From Thermoproteota archaeon (GTDB lineage Archaea > Korarchaeota > Korarchaeia > Korarchaeales > Korarchaeaceae), in NCBI GenBank assembly GCA_027491435.1, contig JAOZFG010000008.1, positions 1 to 16,326 on the forward strand: a DNA stretch of 16,326 bases, in the 5' to 3' direction. Of the stretch, positions 8,999-16,326 are shown piece after piece (positions within the stretch are counted from its first letter, which is position 1; each line of letters opens with the position of its first letter). Below the pieces are notes generated by a model. The model did no database searches. It worked only from the letters and a program-made list of their open reading frames with translations, and was not told where the DNA came from. A program made the position numbers and the translations under genes.

Positions 8999-9034
8999 GG
9001 TTTAAACTAATTGGTGTGGGACTTCCGGGTCAAC

Positions 9035-10816
9035 ATGCTGGGGTATGGTAGAGTTACCTTCGTGGACCTCACCTCAGGCAAGGTTAGGGAGGAGAACCTG
9101 AGCGACGAGTTGGCCCTCTCCTTCATAGGCGGGAAGGGGTTGGGACTCTACTACCTTTACAGGATGACCGACAGGTACACCGACCCCCTGGGGCCAGCTA
9201 ACCCCCTGATACTGGCCATCGGGCCCTTCACTGGCACTTCTGTACCCTACTCCGGGAAGGCAGCCTTCATCTTCAAGTCTCCCCAAACGGGAATACTGGG
9301 CGAATCAGTTGTAGGAGGCACTCTAGGAGCTTTCATGAGGTGGGCTGGACTCACTGCCCTCATCATCACCGGGAGGTCCAGCTCCCCCGTCTACCTTTAC
9401 GTCGACGAGTCAGGGGTTGAGATAAAAGACGCTAGCCACCTCTGGGGTAAGGGGATATACGAGACGGAGGAAAGCCTGAAGAAGGAGCACGGGAAGGTGA
9501 GCGTGGCCAGCATAGGGCCGGCTGGAGAAAACCTGGTTAAGTTCGCCGCTATAGGGAATGAGAAGTGGAGGCAGGCCGGGAGGACCGGGGCTGGAGCAGT
9601 AATGGGGTCTAAGAAGCTGAAAGCCATTGTAGTGGGGGCCTCTGGGATAAATTGGGATGCTCACGACCCCGAGGGGGTGAGGGAGTTCACCTCCAGCGAG
9701 ATAATTCCCAGGGCAAGGGAGGCCATGGCCTCCTACTTCAAGTCCGGGACCACAGCTTTAACCTCTCTTGCCAACGAGATGGGTTTCTTCCCAAGCTATT
9801 ACTGGAGTAAAGGCTCCGTGGATGGTTGGGAGAGGATAGCCTGGGAATCCCTGGAGAAGGAGGTGTTCGTACACCCCAAGGGGTGCTTCGGATGCCCAAC
9901 CCCTTGCGGGAGGTACAGCAGGAGTAAGAGGGGAGGGGAGGTGGAGATAGAGTACGAGACGGTCTACTCCCTGGGAGGGCTGGCGGCCATCACAGATCCC
10001 CACGCTTTGGTCTGGCTGAACGACCTGATAGACGACCTGGGCATGGACTCCATAACCACGGGCAACGTTCTGGCCTTTGCTATAGAGGCTAAGAGGAGGG
10101 GCCTCCTGGATACGGAGTTAAAGCTAGAGTACGGCGACCCGGAGCCCCTGTACGAGCTGGTGAAGATGATAGCTTTCAGGCAAGGCATTGGAGACCTTCT
10201 GGCTGAAGGAGTTGCCGGAGCTTCCAGGGCTCTAGGGGCTGAGGATCTGGCAGTCCACGTTAAGGGCCTTGAGCCAGCTGGTTACGATCCCAGGACCCTG
10301 AAGAGCATGTCCCTGAGCTACGGGGTCAGCTCAAGGGGGGCCTGCCACCTGAGGCTTATGGGCTACTTCGCCGACATAAAGGGTTTGGGAGGGGATAGAA
10401 ACGCCGTAACCAGGGAGAAAGTGGAGGCAGTTGCTGATTTGGAGGAGAAGGGCGTTCTAGAGGACTCCCTGCTGCTCTGCAAGTTTACCAGGACCCTGAT
10501 ATCCTGGCCGGAGATGGTCAAGTACTTCAGGCTGATAACTGGGGTTAACTTGAGCGAGCTGCAGCTTAAGGAAGCCGCTAGAAGGATAATAACGCTGTCC
10601 AGGATGTACAACGTCAGAATGGGGATTTCCAGGAAGGATGACAGGCTGCCGAAGAGGCTACTGAGGGAGTCCTTCCGGCACAAGGGGGAGGTCAGGAGGA
10701 TCACGGAAGAGGAGATGGAGAAGTTCCTGGACATGTATTACGATCTCAGGGGCTGGGATGAGAACGGGGTTCCTAAAAGGGAGGTTGTGGAGAGGTACCT
10801 CCCCGGCCTAGCTTGA
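9035..10816 (+). CDS. aor: Tungsten-containing aldehyde:ferredoxin oxidoreductase family protein
   Basis: Motifs FIGGKGLG, KSPQTG, SIGPAGENLV, AGRTGAGAVMGSKKLKAI, the 4Fe-4S motif CFGCPTPC plus RGACH, EYET, DDLGMDSI, YYDLRGWDENGVP. Start is probably ATG 9035 (TTTAAA at 9001-9006); the track start is TTG 9011. Substrate subfamily cannot be determined. Confidence 0.92.
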   Translation: MLGYGRVTFVDLTSGKVREENLSDELALSFIGGKGLGLYYLYRMTDRYTDPLGPANPLILAIGPFTGTSVPYSGKAAFIFKSPQTGILGESVVGGTLGAFMRWAGLTALIITGRSSSPVYLYVDESGVEIKDASHLWGKGIYETEESLKKEHGKVSVASIGPAGENLVKFAAIGNEKWRQAGRTGAGAVMGSKKLKAIVVGASGINWDAHDPEGVREFTSSEIIPRAREAMASYFKSGTTALTSLANEMGFFPSYYWSKGSVDGWERIAWESLEKEVFVHPKGCFGCPTPCGRYSRSKRGGEVEIEYETVYSLGGLAAITDPHALVWLNDLIDDLGMDSITTGNVLAFAIEAKRRGLLDTELKLEYGDPEPLYELVKMIAFRQGIGDLLAEGVAGASRALGAEDLAVHVKGLEPAGYDPRTLKSMSLSYGVSSRGACHLRLMGYFADIKGLGGDRNAVTREKVEAVADLEEKGVLEDSLLLCKFTRTLISWPEMVKYFRLITGVNLSELQLKEAARRIITLSRMYNVRMGISRKDDRLPKRLLRESFRHKGEVRRITEEEMEKFLDMYYDLRGWDENGVPKREVVERYLPGLA

Positions 10817-12334
10817 CCTCTTCATTATTTTGTTTACTGCGTCCTCGAAGGCGTTTAAAGAGGCCTCCAATATATCCTCGCTTATCCCTGAAGCCTCAAC
10901 CTCTCCCTTAGGGCCTAAAACCCTGACCAAAACCTCTCCTAAAGCTTCAGTCCCTGATGAGATGGCCCTGAGCCTGAACCTCCTCAGTTTAAAGCCCGGA
11001 ACTCCCTCTATCTCCCTTAAAGCGTTAGCTAAAGCGTCTACCGGTCCCACGCCCACTGAAGCCGATCTCACCTCCTTCCCATTGACCTTGGCCCTCACGT
11101 GGGCCAGCGGAGTTATCCCGGAGCCCGTGACGACGGTCCACTCCTGAACCTCGAAGGGCTTCTCCAGTTTGGCTCCCAACACCTCTTCCACCGCCTTCAT
11201 GAAGACGCTTTCAGTTATCCTGACCCCCTGATCGGCCAAGGCCTTTATCCTTATGAGTATGGCCTCTATCTCCTCGTCCTTGGCCTCAATTCCCATGTCT
11301 TTAAGGACCTGCTGGACGGTGGACTTGCCCGAGAGCTTGCCCACCACTATCCTCCTCCTTTTACCCACCTTCTCAGGAGGTATCGGCTCGTAAGTCGAGG
11401 GGTCGGCCATCAAACCGTGGACGTGGACCCCAGCCTCGTAGGTGTAAACTAAGGGGCCGACCACGGGCATTATCTCGTAGAGGGTTATGCCGCTCAACCT
11501 TTCCACTAGCTCTGACACCTCCGAGAGCATTTGGGTCTGGACGTTGGTCTCAACCTTCAGGATCTCGTGGAGGGCCATCACCACCTGCTCCAGGGGAGCT
11601 ATCCCAGCCTTTGGACCTAAACCATTCACCGAGACGTGGACGTTCTCGGCTCCAGCTTCCACGGCGGCTATGGTGTTGGCGGTCGCCATTCCGAAGTCGT
11701 TGTGGAAGGTGACCCCTAAAGGCTTAGAGACGACCCTCTTGGCCTCTATAACCATCTTCTTAGCTCCTGTAGGGGTCAACAGGCCCAGGCTATCGGTCAG
11801 GTTTATGTAATCGGCGCCAGCCTCTTCAGCGGCCTTGAGGATCTCCCAGAGGTACTCGACGTCGGCCCTGCTAACGTCCTCCGCTATGAACTCCACCTTA
11901 GCCCCTCCCGATTTTGCTAACTCTATTGACTGGACTACTGACTCCTTGACCTCCTCCCTGGTCTTCCTAAGCCTCTTCTCAATGTTTATGTCTGAGACCG
12001 GGGCGAATATGCTCACGTAATCGGTCTCGGTTTGTAGGGCTATCTCCACGTCGTCCTTCCTGGCCCTGGCCATACAGCTTATCTCCGAGGAGAAGCCGGC
12101 CCTAGATATCCTCCTGACGGCCTTAACAACTTCTTCGACCGCTCTCTTCTCCCCCTCAGAGGTCGCTGGAAAGCCGGCCTCTATGACGTCGACGCCCAGG
12201 GCGTCAAGGGATTCGGCTATCTCCACCTTAGCTTGTGCGGTGAATGAAACCCCCGGGACCTGTTCGCCCAGGGTCAGGGTGGAGTCGAATATCCTCACCC
12301 TGGAGGGGAGCATCGAGGGGAACTCGTTGAACAT
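10808..12334 (-). CDS. 2-isopropylmalate/citramalate synthase (LeuA/CimA) family protein with degenerate active site
   Basis: Full DRE-TIM barrel (IFDSTL..GEQ, IEAGFP, AED, HNDFGMATAN), linker (GKLSGK) and C-terminal allosteric domain (GVGPVDA, GTEALGEV, DILEASLNAF). Strong SD GGTGAT. Catalytic residues are altered (see findings). Converges on aor with a 9-nt overlap. Confidence 0.9.
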   Translation of the reverse strand: MFNEFPSMLPSRVRIFDSTLTLGEQVPGVSFTAQAKVEIAESLDALGVDVIEAGFPATSEGEKRAVEEVVKAVRRISRAGFSSEISCMARARKDDVEIALQTETDYVSIFAPVSDINIEKRLRKTREEVKESVVQSIELAKSGGAKVEFIAEDVSRADVEYLWEILKAAEEAGADYINLTDSLGLLTPTGAKKMVIEAKRVVSKPLGVTFHNDFGMATANTIAAVEAGAENVHVSVNGLGPKAGIAPLEQVVMALHEILKVETNVQTQMLSEVSELVERLSGITLYEIMPVVGPLVYTYEAGVHVHGLMADPSTYEPIPPEKVGKRRRIVVGKLSGKSTVQQVLKDMGIEAKDEEIEAILIRIKALADQGVRITESVFMKAVEEVLGAKLEKPFEVQEWTVVTGSGITPLAHVRAKVNGKEVRSASVGVGPVDALANALREIEGVPGFKLRRFRLRAISSGTEALGEVLVRVLGPKGEVEASGISEDILEASLNAFEDAVNKIMKRSS

Positions 12335-12673
12335 GGTATCACCTTCTCAGGTAAATGGAGGCGCCTTCATTATAACGATTCCCAGCTCTCTCTACTTAGC
12401 TGTCCGCAACGCGAGAAGGGGGCTCCAAAAAGCTTTTTTCTCATAGGAGCAGGCCAGCGCCTCTTACTCGAGGACAGACCTCTAAATGAACGGGTCCATA
12501 TAGTCATGAGCCGTTCTCGGACGTGAAGGTATTATTTAATCCTCTGGCCTGACAGAGGGCCCCACTACCACCTCTTAGGATATGAAACTGATGGCGGCTA
12601 TTCCTAAATCAAAGAAATTGACCGGGTGACCGAAATTTTTTCTTAAACTGGTTCCCCGAACTAAGGTGATAAC

Positions 12674-13540
12674 ATGTTGTTATTTGACTGGGGAACGTAT
12701 AACGGGCTAACTAAGCTGAAGGCGGCCGCCACGTTGGGAACCAAACTCACCGAAATACCTCCCTATGACTTCTCCAGGAGGAGGCCCGACGAGTACTTCA
12801 CCAGCTACAGGGAGCTGGCTTTGAAGGCGTTCACCACAATAACAGCACACGCTCCTTACTACAACGTGGTCTCCACCAATAAGGCAGTTCAAGAGTCTGT
12901 GAAGAAAGCCTTACTCAACGCCGTGAGGAAGGCTAAGTTGGCTGGAGCCGAGATATTCAACCTCCACCTGGGGTGGAGGGCCTTCCTCGACGAAAGGGAC
13001 CTGGAGACAGCTTCAAACGTCTTGAAGAGCCTGTCCGAGCACATGCTGATAAGCGTGGAGGTTCCTTACACCAGGAGGATGCTGGGCCTCTGGGACGAGG
13101 TGAAGGCGTTAAGGGAGGTTGTAGGAGAGGACAAGCTGATAGCATCAGTACAACTGGAGAACGCCTGGTTACTTGAGACGGGAGCTTCTGAAACAGGCGA
13201 CTTCGAGGGAGCTGATAAGCAGGCGACTGTGGACTTCTGGAAGGGGATACTGAACAAGACCTTACAGCTAAGCAAGGGCTTCCTATCCCTGAGGTTCAGC
13301 CAGGTCATAGGGTTCGCCCTTGGTAGGAGGATACTGAAGAAGAGGGTTCCCTTGGGAAAGGGTTACCCTGATCTGGCCCCCCTAGCCAAGGCACTGGCGG
13401 AGTTCATGGTAAAGGAGGTTAGGGAGAAGGAAATCCCGTTGAGAATGCACCTAATATACACTGGGCCTCCAAAGACCAAGTACAGGGATACGATAACGCT
13501 CTACGCCGAGGTCATGAAGGAGGTGGTGAACTTCCTGTAG
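12674..13540 (+). CDS. Endonuclease IV-like (AP endonuclease 2/xylose isomerase-like) TIM-barrel protein, divergent
   Basis: ITAHAPYYN, AGAEIFNLHLGW and SVE...LG.WDEV follow the archaeal Nfo motif order, but C-terminal metal ligands are replaced. SD GGTGAT just upstream of the ATG. Confidence 0.75.
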   Translation: MLLFDWGTYNGLTKLKAAATLGTKLTEIPPYDFSRRRPDEYFTSYRELALKAFTTITAHAPYYNVVSTNKAVQESVKKALLNAVRKAKLAGAEIFNLHLGWRAFLDERDLETASNVLKSLSEHMLISVEVPYTRRMLGLWDEVKALREVVGEDKLIASVQLENAWLLETGASETGDFEGADKQATVDFWKGILNKTLQLSKGFLSLRFSQVIGFALGRRILKKRVPLGKGYPDLAPLAKALAEFMVKEVREKEIPLRMHLIYTGPPKTKYRDTITLYAEVMKEVVNFL

Positions 13541-13599
13541 GGGCTCGGCTGAGGGGTGTATCATCACCCTTCAGGTGTCCCCTCCTGCCTCATAGCCCC
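13540..13599 (-). ncRNA. Box C/D 2'-O-methylation guide sRNA (dual guide), predicted
   Basis: Minus strand reads GGGGC-U-[C: AUGAGGC]-AGGAGGGGACAC(12 nt)-[D': CUGA]-AGG-[C': GUGAUGA]-UACACCCCUCAG(12 nt)-[D: CCGA]-GCCCC. It has a terminal 5-bp stem, is 60 nt long and lies in the intergenic gap. Confidence 0.78.
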
Positions 13600-13630
13600 C
13601 TCATTTTACGGAGCATGGCTTTTTACCCTT

Positions 13631-14542
13631 TTACAGGAGCTTCCCCAGGGACTTGTCCCTCACAGCCCAAAGGGTGAGGACGGCCGACCCAACGAAAGCT
13701 GCGGCCAGGGGCGAGAATACGATCAGGTCCACTCTAAAGGTTATGAATGATAGGAAGGCCACAAGAGAGGAGGTCACAACCTCCTGTAGGAGCACCGTGC
13801 TCCAGCTCACTCCCTGGGATATCAAGAGCCCCACCTGTTTAAGGTCCCTGCTGACCTCAAGCCACCTTATGATGGCAACCCCCAGGGCAGACATGGCCAG
13901 TGAAATCGTGAAAATTGTATCAACCACCCCCTTTCGCTTAACCATTCCCTTGATGAGGTCCTCTGATGGGCCCAGGTAAATTAGAGTGCCGCTCGTCAAG
14001 CCGCTCAACTTCTTCAGAACCTCTCTCGATCCCTTGACCTTGATCTCCAACACGTGCTCAACGTGCCTTACTCCTGAGATCGGGAAGCCGGTAATTAGAT
14101 CTCCCTTCGGTAGGGCCCATCCTTGGAAGGCCCCCACCACCCTGCACCTGAAACTTGATAGGTTCAGCCAGGAGTTCAGGGATAAGTTAAACCTCTCAAG
14201 CAGGTCAGAGCTGGCCAAGCACTCCCCGCTCCTGGGGATCTTATCCACGGGCAACAAGGGTTCAGGCACCTCCTTAACGTAGATCGCCGTGATGTTGTCT
14301 GTTAGCACGAAGGTCAGCTCATGTACCGCTTTCACGCCGGGGATCCTCCTGATTAGGTCCTCCCGCATCCCAGGTATCACAGCGTAACCAGTTAGACTCT
14401 CGGTCAAGTTATGGATCGAGTCAGCTAAGCGATCACTGGACTCCTTTATGGAGGCGTTAGTGAAGAGAAGGGAGGTTAGCACTATAAAAAGAGCCAGCCT
14501 TCTCCTCCAGGAAGCTCCAATCAAGTAACTCAGGCTGCTCAC
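13631..14542 (-). CDS. FtsX/MacB-like ABC transporter permease
   Basis: N-terminal RRR plus TM helix, an extracytoplasmic core (PRSGECLAS...RVVGAF), C-terminal TMs and VGLLISQG resembling the FtsX 'EIGILKALG' motif. GTG 14542 (preceded by GAGGG) is preferred over 14689, which would overlap the neighbour by 124 nt. Confidence 0.65.
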   Translation of the reverse strand: MSSLSYLIGASWRRRLALFIVLTSLLFTNASIKESSDRLADSIHNLTESLTGYAVIPGMREDLIRRIPGVKAVHELTFVLTDNITAIYVKEVPEPLLPVDKIPRSGECLASSDLLERFNLSLNSWLNLSSFRCRVVGAFQGWALPKGDLITGFPISGVRHVEHVLEIKVKGSREVLKKLSGLTSGTLIYLGPSEDLIKGMVKRKGVVDTIFTISLAMSALGVAIIRWLEVSRDLKQVGLLISQGVSWSTVLLQEVVTSSLVAFLSFITFRVDLIVFSPLAAAFVGSAVLTLWAVRDKSLGKLL

Positions 14543-14565
14543 CCCTCGAAGGGTTTCTTGTCCCG

Positions 14566-15693
14566 TTAGAGGAGCTCCCATAAGGCCCTCCTGCCGAAAA
14601 GCCTTATCATAAGGGCTTGAAACGCGAAGCTCAGGCCTATAATTCCGAGCAAAGCTAACAGCCCCTGAGGGGAGAGCCCCTGCCTCCACATGTACACCAG
14701 GGAGGCCTTATATTCGGTCAGCAACTCGGACAGAAATGGACCAAGGTTTCCTAGGAAGGCACCTAGGATAATCCCGAGTAACTGAGAACTCATCATCAGG
14801 GCCATTACATGTGAAACGTCCGGGGGTCTACCCTGGGACGTTAGGATGGCCAGGTACCTTTTAGCTGAGGCGTAAGCCAAGTAGTTAGCTGATAAAGTCA
14901 TAATTACGCCTATGGCCAAGGAGCCCATCGTTATAATGGAGAATTTGTATTTAAGGTCCTCGTAGATCTTCCTGGCCTTGTCATACCTTAAGGCGAAGAC
15001 CTTAACGGGAGGTACCTTCGCGATTGAGCGCAGCCCCTCATAATCCTTTGAGAACATTATGACGAATAATTGAACGTTTAGCTTGATCGAGGAAGGGTCC
15101 AAGCTAGCCCTCTTGATGACCTCGACGAAATGGGTCTGGTCGGTTATTAGTGAGCCCATGAACTCTATTCCGAATTCGCGGGGCGCATAAGTTCCTACAA
15201 CTTTGCAGGAGTAGTTCAGTTCGGTGTAGTTTAGGGACTTACTCGTCACGAATAAGACGTTGACGCTAACGCTCTGAGGGAGTGAAATGGATAAATTTCT
15301 AAAGAGGAATTCCGTGATTAAACACTCTCCAGCTTTCTCCGGGTATCTGCCCCTTACCAGTTGGTGTTTGGCTATTTCAGGAACTTGGGAGAAGTTAATT
15401 AGCTTTAATCTTAGAGAGACGCTGTCAATTCTGGCTGCTCCGATAAGCTCCTCCCTCAGGTAATAGGTGATGTTCAACTCCCGCAATTTCCGCTCGAGCT
15501 GAGCCCAACTCTGTCCAGAGATGCTCTCTTCAACGTAATAGTAATTCTTGAGATCTTCAAGTCTTTTTAACTCATGATCCACGGCCGATAGCGAGGATGT
15601 GGTTTGAGCCAACAGGAGGGCTGTAATTAGGAAGATGAGCAGGTTTGACAACAGGTAGCTGCATTCCAGTGAAAACCAGAGCCTCAGGCCCAC
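14566..15693 (-). CDS. FtsX/MacB-like ABC transporter permease
   Basis: One N-terminal TM, a large extracytoplasmic region with LVRGRYPEKAGECLITE...KVVGTY (MacB periplasmic core pattern), three C-terminal TMs and LAILTSQG. GTG start with GGGTGG upstream. Confidence 0.7.
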   Translation of the reverse strand: MGLRLWFSLECSYLLSNLLIFLITALLLAQTTSSLSAVDHELKRLEDLKNYYYVEESISGQSWAQLERKLRELNITYYLREELIGAARIDSVSLRLKLINFSQVPEIAKHQLVRGRYPEKAGECLITEFLFRNLSISLPQSVSVNVLFVTSKSLNYTELNYSCKVVGTYAPREFGIEFMGSLITDQTHFVEVIKRASLDPSSIKLNVQLFVIMFSKDYEGLRSIAKVPPVKVFALRYDKARKIYEDLKYKFSIITMGSLAIGVIMTLSANYLAYASAKRYLAILTSQGRPPDVSHVMALMMSSQLLGIILGAFLGNLGPFLSELLTEYKASLVYMWRQGLSPQGLLALLGIIGLSFAFQALMIRLFGRRALWELL

Positions 15694-15818
15694 TTGCCCA
15701 CCCTAGTGTTACCTATACACCTCGCATATTCTATACCAAATTTTTAGAATAATGAGGCCTATATTATTTGTAATTTTGACGTATAATACAGGACTAGGCC
15801 AGCTTATGTAAGTAGACC

Positions 15819-16055
15819 TTAAGGTGTAGAAAGGGGGCTCGCGTAGACTACGTAAGCGTATGCATAAGAAGCGCTGGGAGATATGGGATGAATCGCTTCG
15901 TATGTATCCCTAACGTAAAGTTTTATGGGATCGCTGCAGACGACTATGGTTTGTGGCTCTCTTATCACTGGCAACTCAGCAGCTCCAGCCATCATAAGAT
16001 GAATCAGCAACAATATGACGGATATTAGTAATAATAATTTTAATTCAAGTTTCAC
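15819..16055 (-). CDS. Small hypothetical exported protein (signal peptide), possibly frameshift-truncated
   Basis: MKLELK, a hydrophobic stretch and AGAA form a Sec-like signal. SD GAGGGTGG precedes the GTG, and a TTTATATA box lies at about 16102-16109 on the minus strand. Confidence 0.5.
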   Translation of the reverse strand: MKLELKLLLLISVILLLIHLMMAGAAELPVIREPQTIVVCSDPIKLYVRDTYEAIHPISPSASYAYAYVVYASPLSTP

Positions 16056-16326
16056 GAGTAACCACCCTCTAATTTCTCAGATTAAAGGATAGAATCAATA
16101 ATATATAAAGTTTGTGCTGTCAACTTAAGGTAACTTCTACCCTAACCGCTAGCATGAACATTTTCTACATTCTAGGCCTGATACAAAGTAATAACCCCTA
16201 GGGTCATGTGGCTGACGGAGTTGTGAAGACATGAAGCCGTAAGCTTTCCTAGTCGTTAGCAGGTAACGCTCGCTGAATAGACGTCGAAATCCCCTGAGCT
16301 CCTTATGGTCTCTATGACCTTAACTA

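Noticed and set aside
2604-12495. ATGAACGGGT shared by the gdhA/capC gap (2604-2613) and the region upstream of the LeuA-like gene (12486-12495)
   Set aside because: A single non-palindromic 10-mer match is expected by chance in a window this size.
12335-12673. Leader peptide/attenuator or sRNA upstream of the LeuA-like gene (hairpin 12541-12558, AAAAAGCTTTTT at 12427-12438, tiny ORFs)
   Set aside because: No Leu/Ile/Val-rich leader, short stems only, and no correct C/D spacing.
412-14282. Numerous short ORFs nested in or antisense to the called genes (e.g. 412-696, 1397-1816, 3101-3442, 10363-10734, 11487-11810, 13653-13979)
   Set aside because: Shadow frames of well-supported genes with no motifs or expression signals.
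14543-14689. N-terminal extension of ORF 13631..14689 in the track
   Set aside because: It overlaps the upstream permease by 124 nt and looks non-coding; GTG 14542 fits better.
16223-16276. GTGAAGA...CTGA spanning 54 nt as a second C/D sRNA
   Set aside because: No recognisable internal D'/C' boxes and no terminal stem.
1-16326. CRISPR array, tRNA/rRNA, transposase or integrase
   Set aside because: No regularly spaced repeats, cloverleaf/T-loop signatures or recombinase motifs were seen on reading.

Overview
Archaeal chromosomal window, most consistent with a thermophilic TACK-type archaeon (GGTGA/GGAGGTG ribosome-binding sites, TATA boxes, frequent AGG/ATA codons, tungsten AOR). Gene order: vapBC toxin-antitoxin pair (-), glutamate dehydrogenase (-), a divergent capC/capB (pgsC/pgsB)-like poly-gamma-glutamate synthesis pair (+), pstSCAB (+), an AAA_14/DUF4143-type ATPase (+), aldehyde:ferredoxin oxidoreductase (+), a LeuA/CimA-family protein (-), an endonuclease IV-like TIM barrel (+), a 60-nt box C/D guide sRNA candidate absent from the ORF track (-), two FtsX/MacB-like permeases (-) and a small exported protein that may be frameshifted (-). 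The main observations are: (1) the full-length LeuA/CimA homolog has lost its DRE-TIM catalytic and metal residues but keeps the allosteric domain; (2) the divergent EndoIV-like gene has also lost most of its metal ligands; (3) capCB sits head-to-head with gdhA and directly upstream of the pst operon; (4) the C/D sRNA has compensated non-canonical boxes. All family assignments come from motif recognition by eye; no database searches were run.
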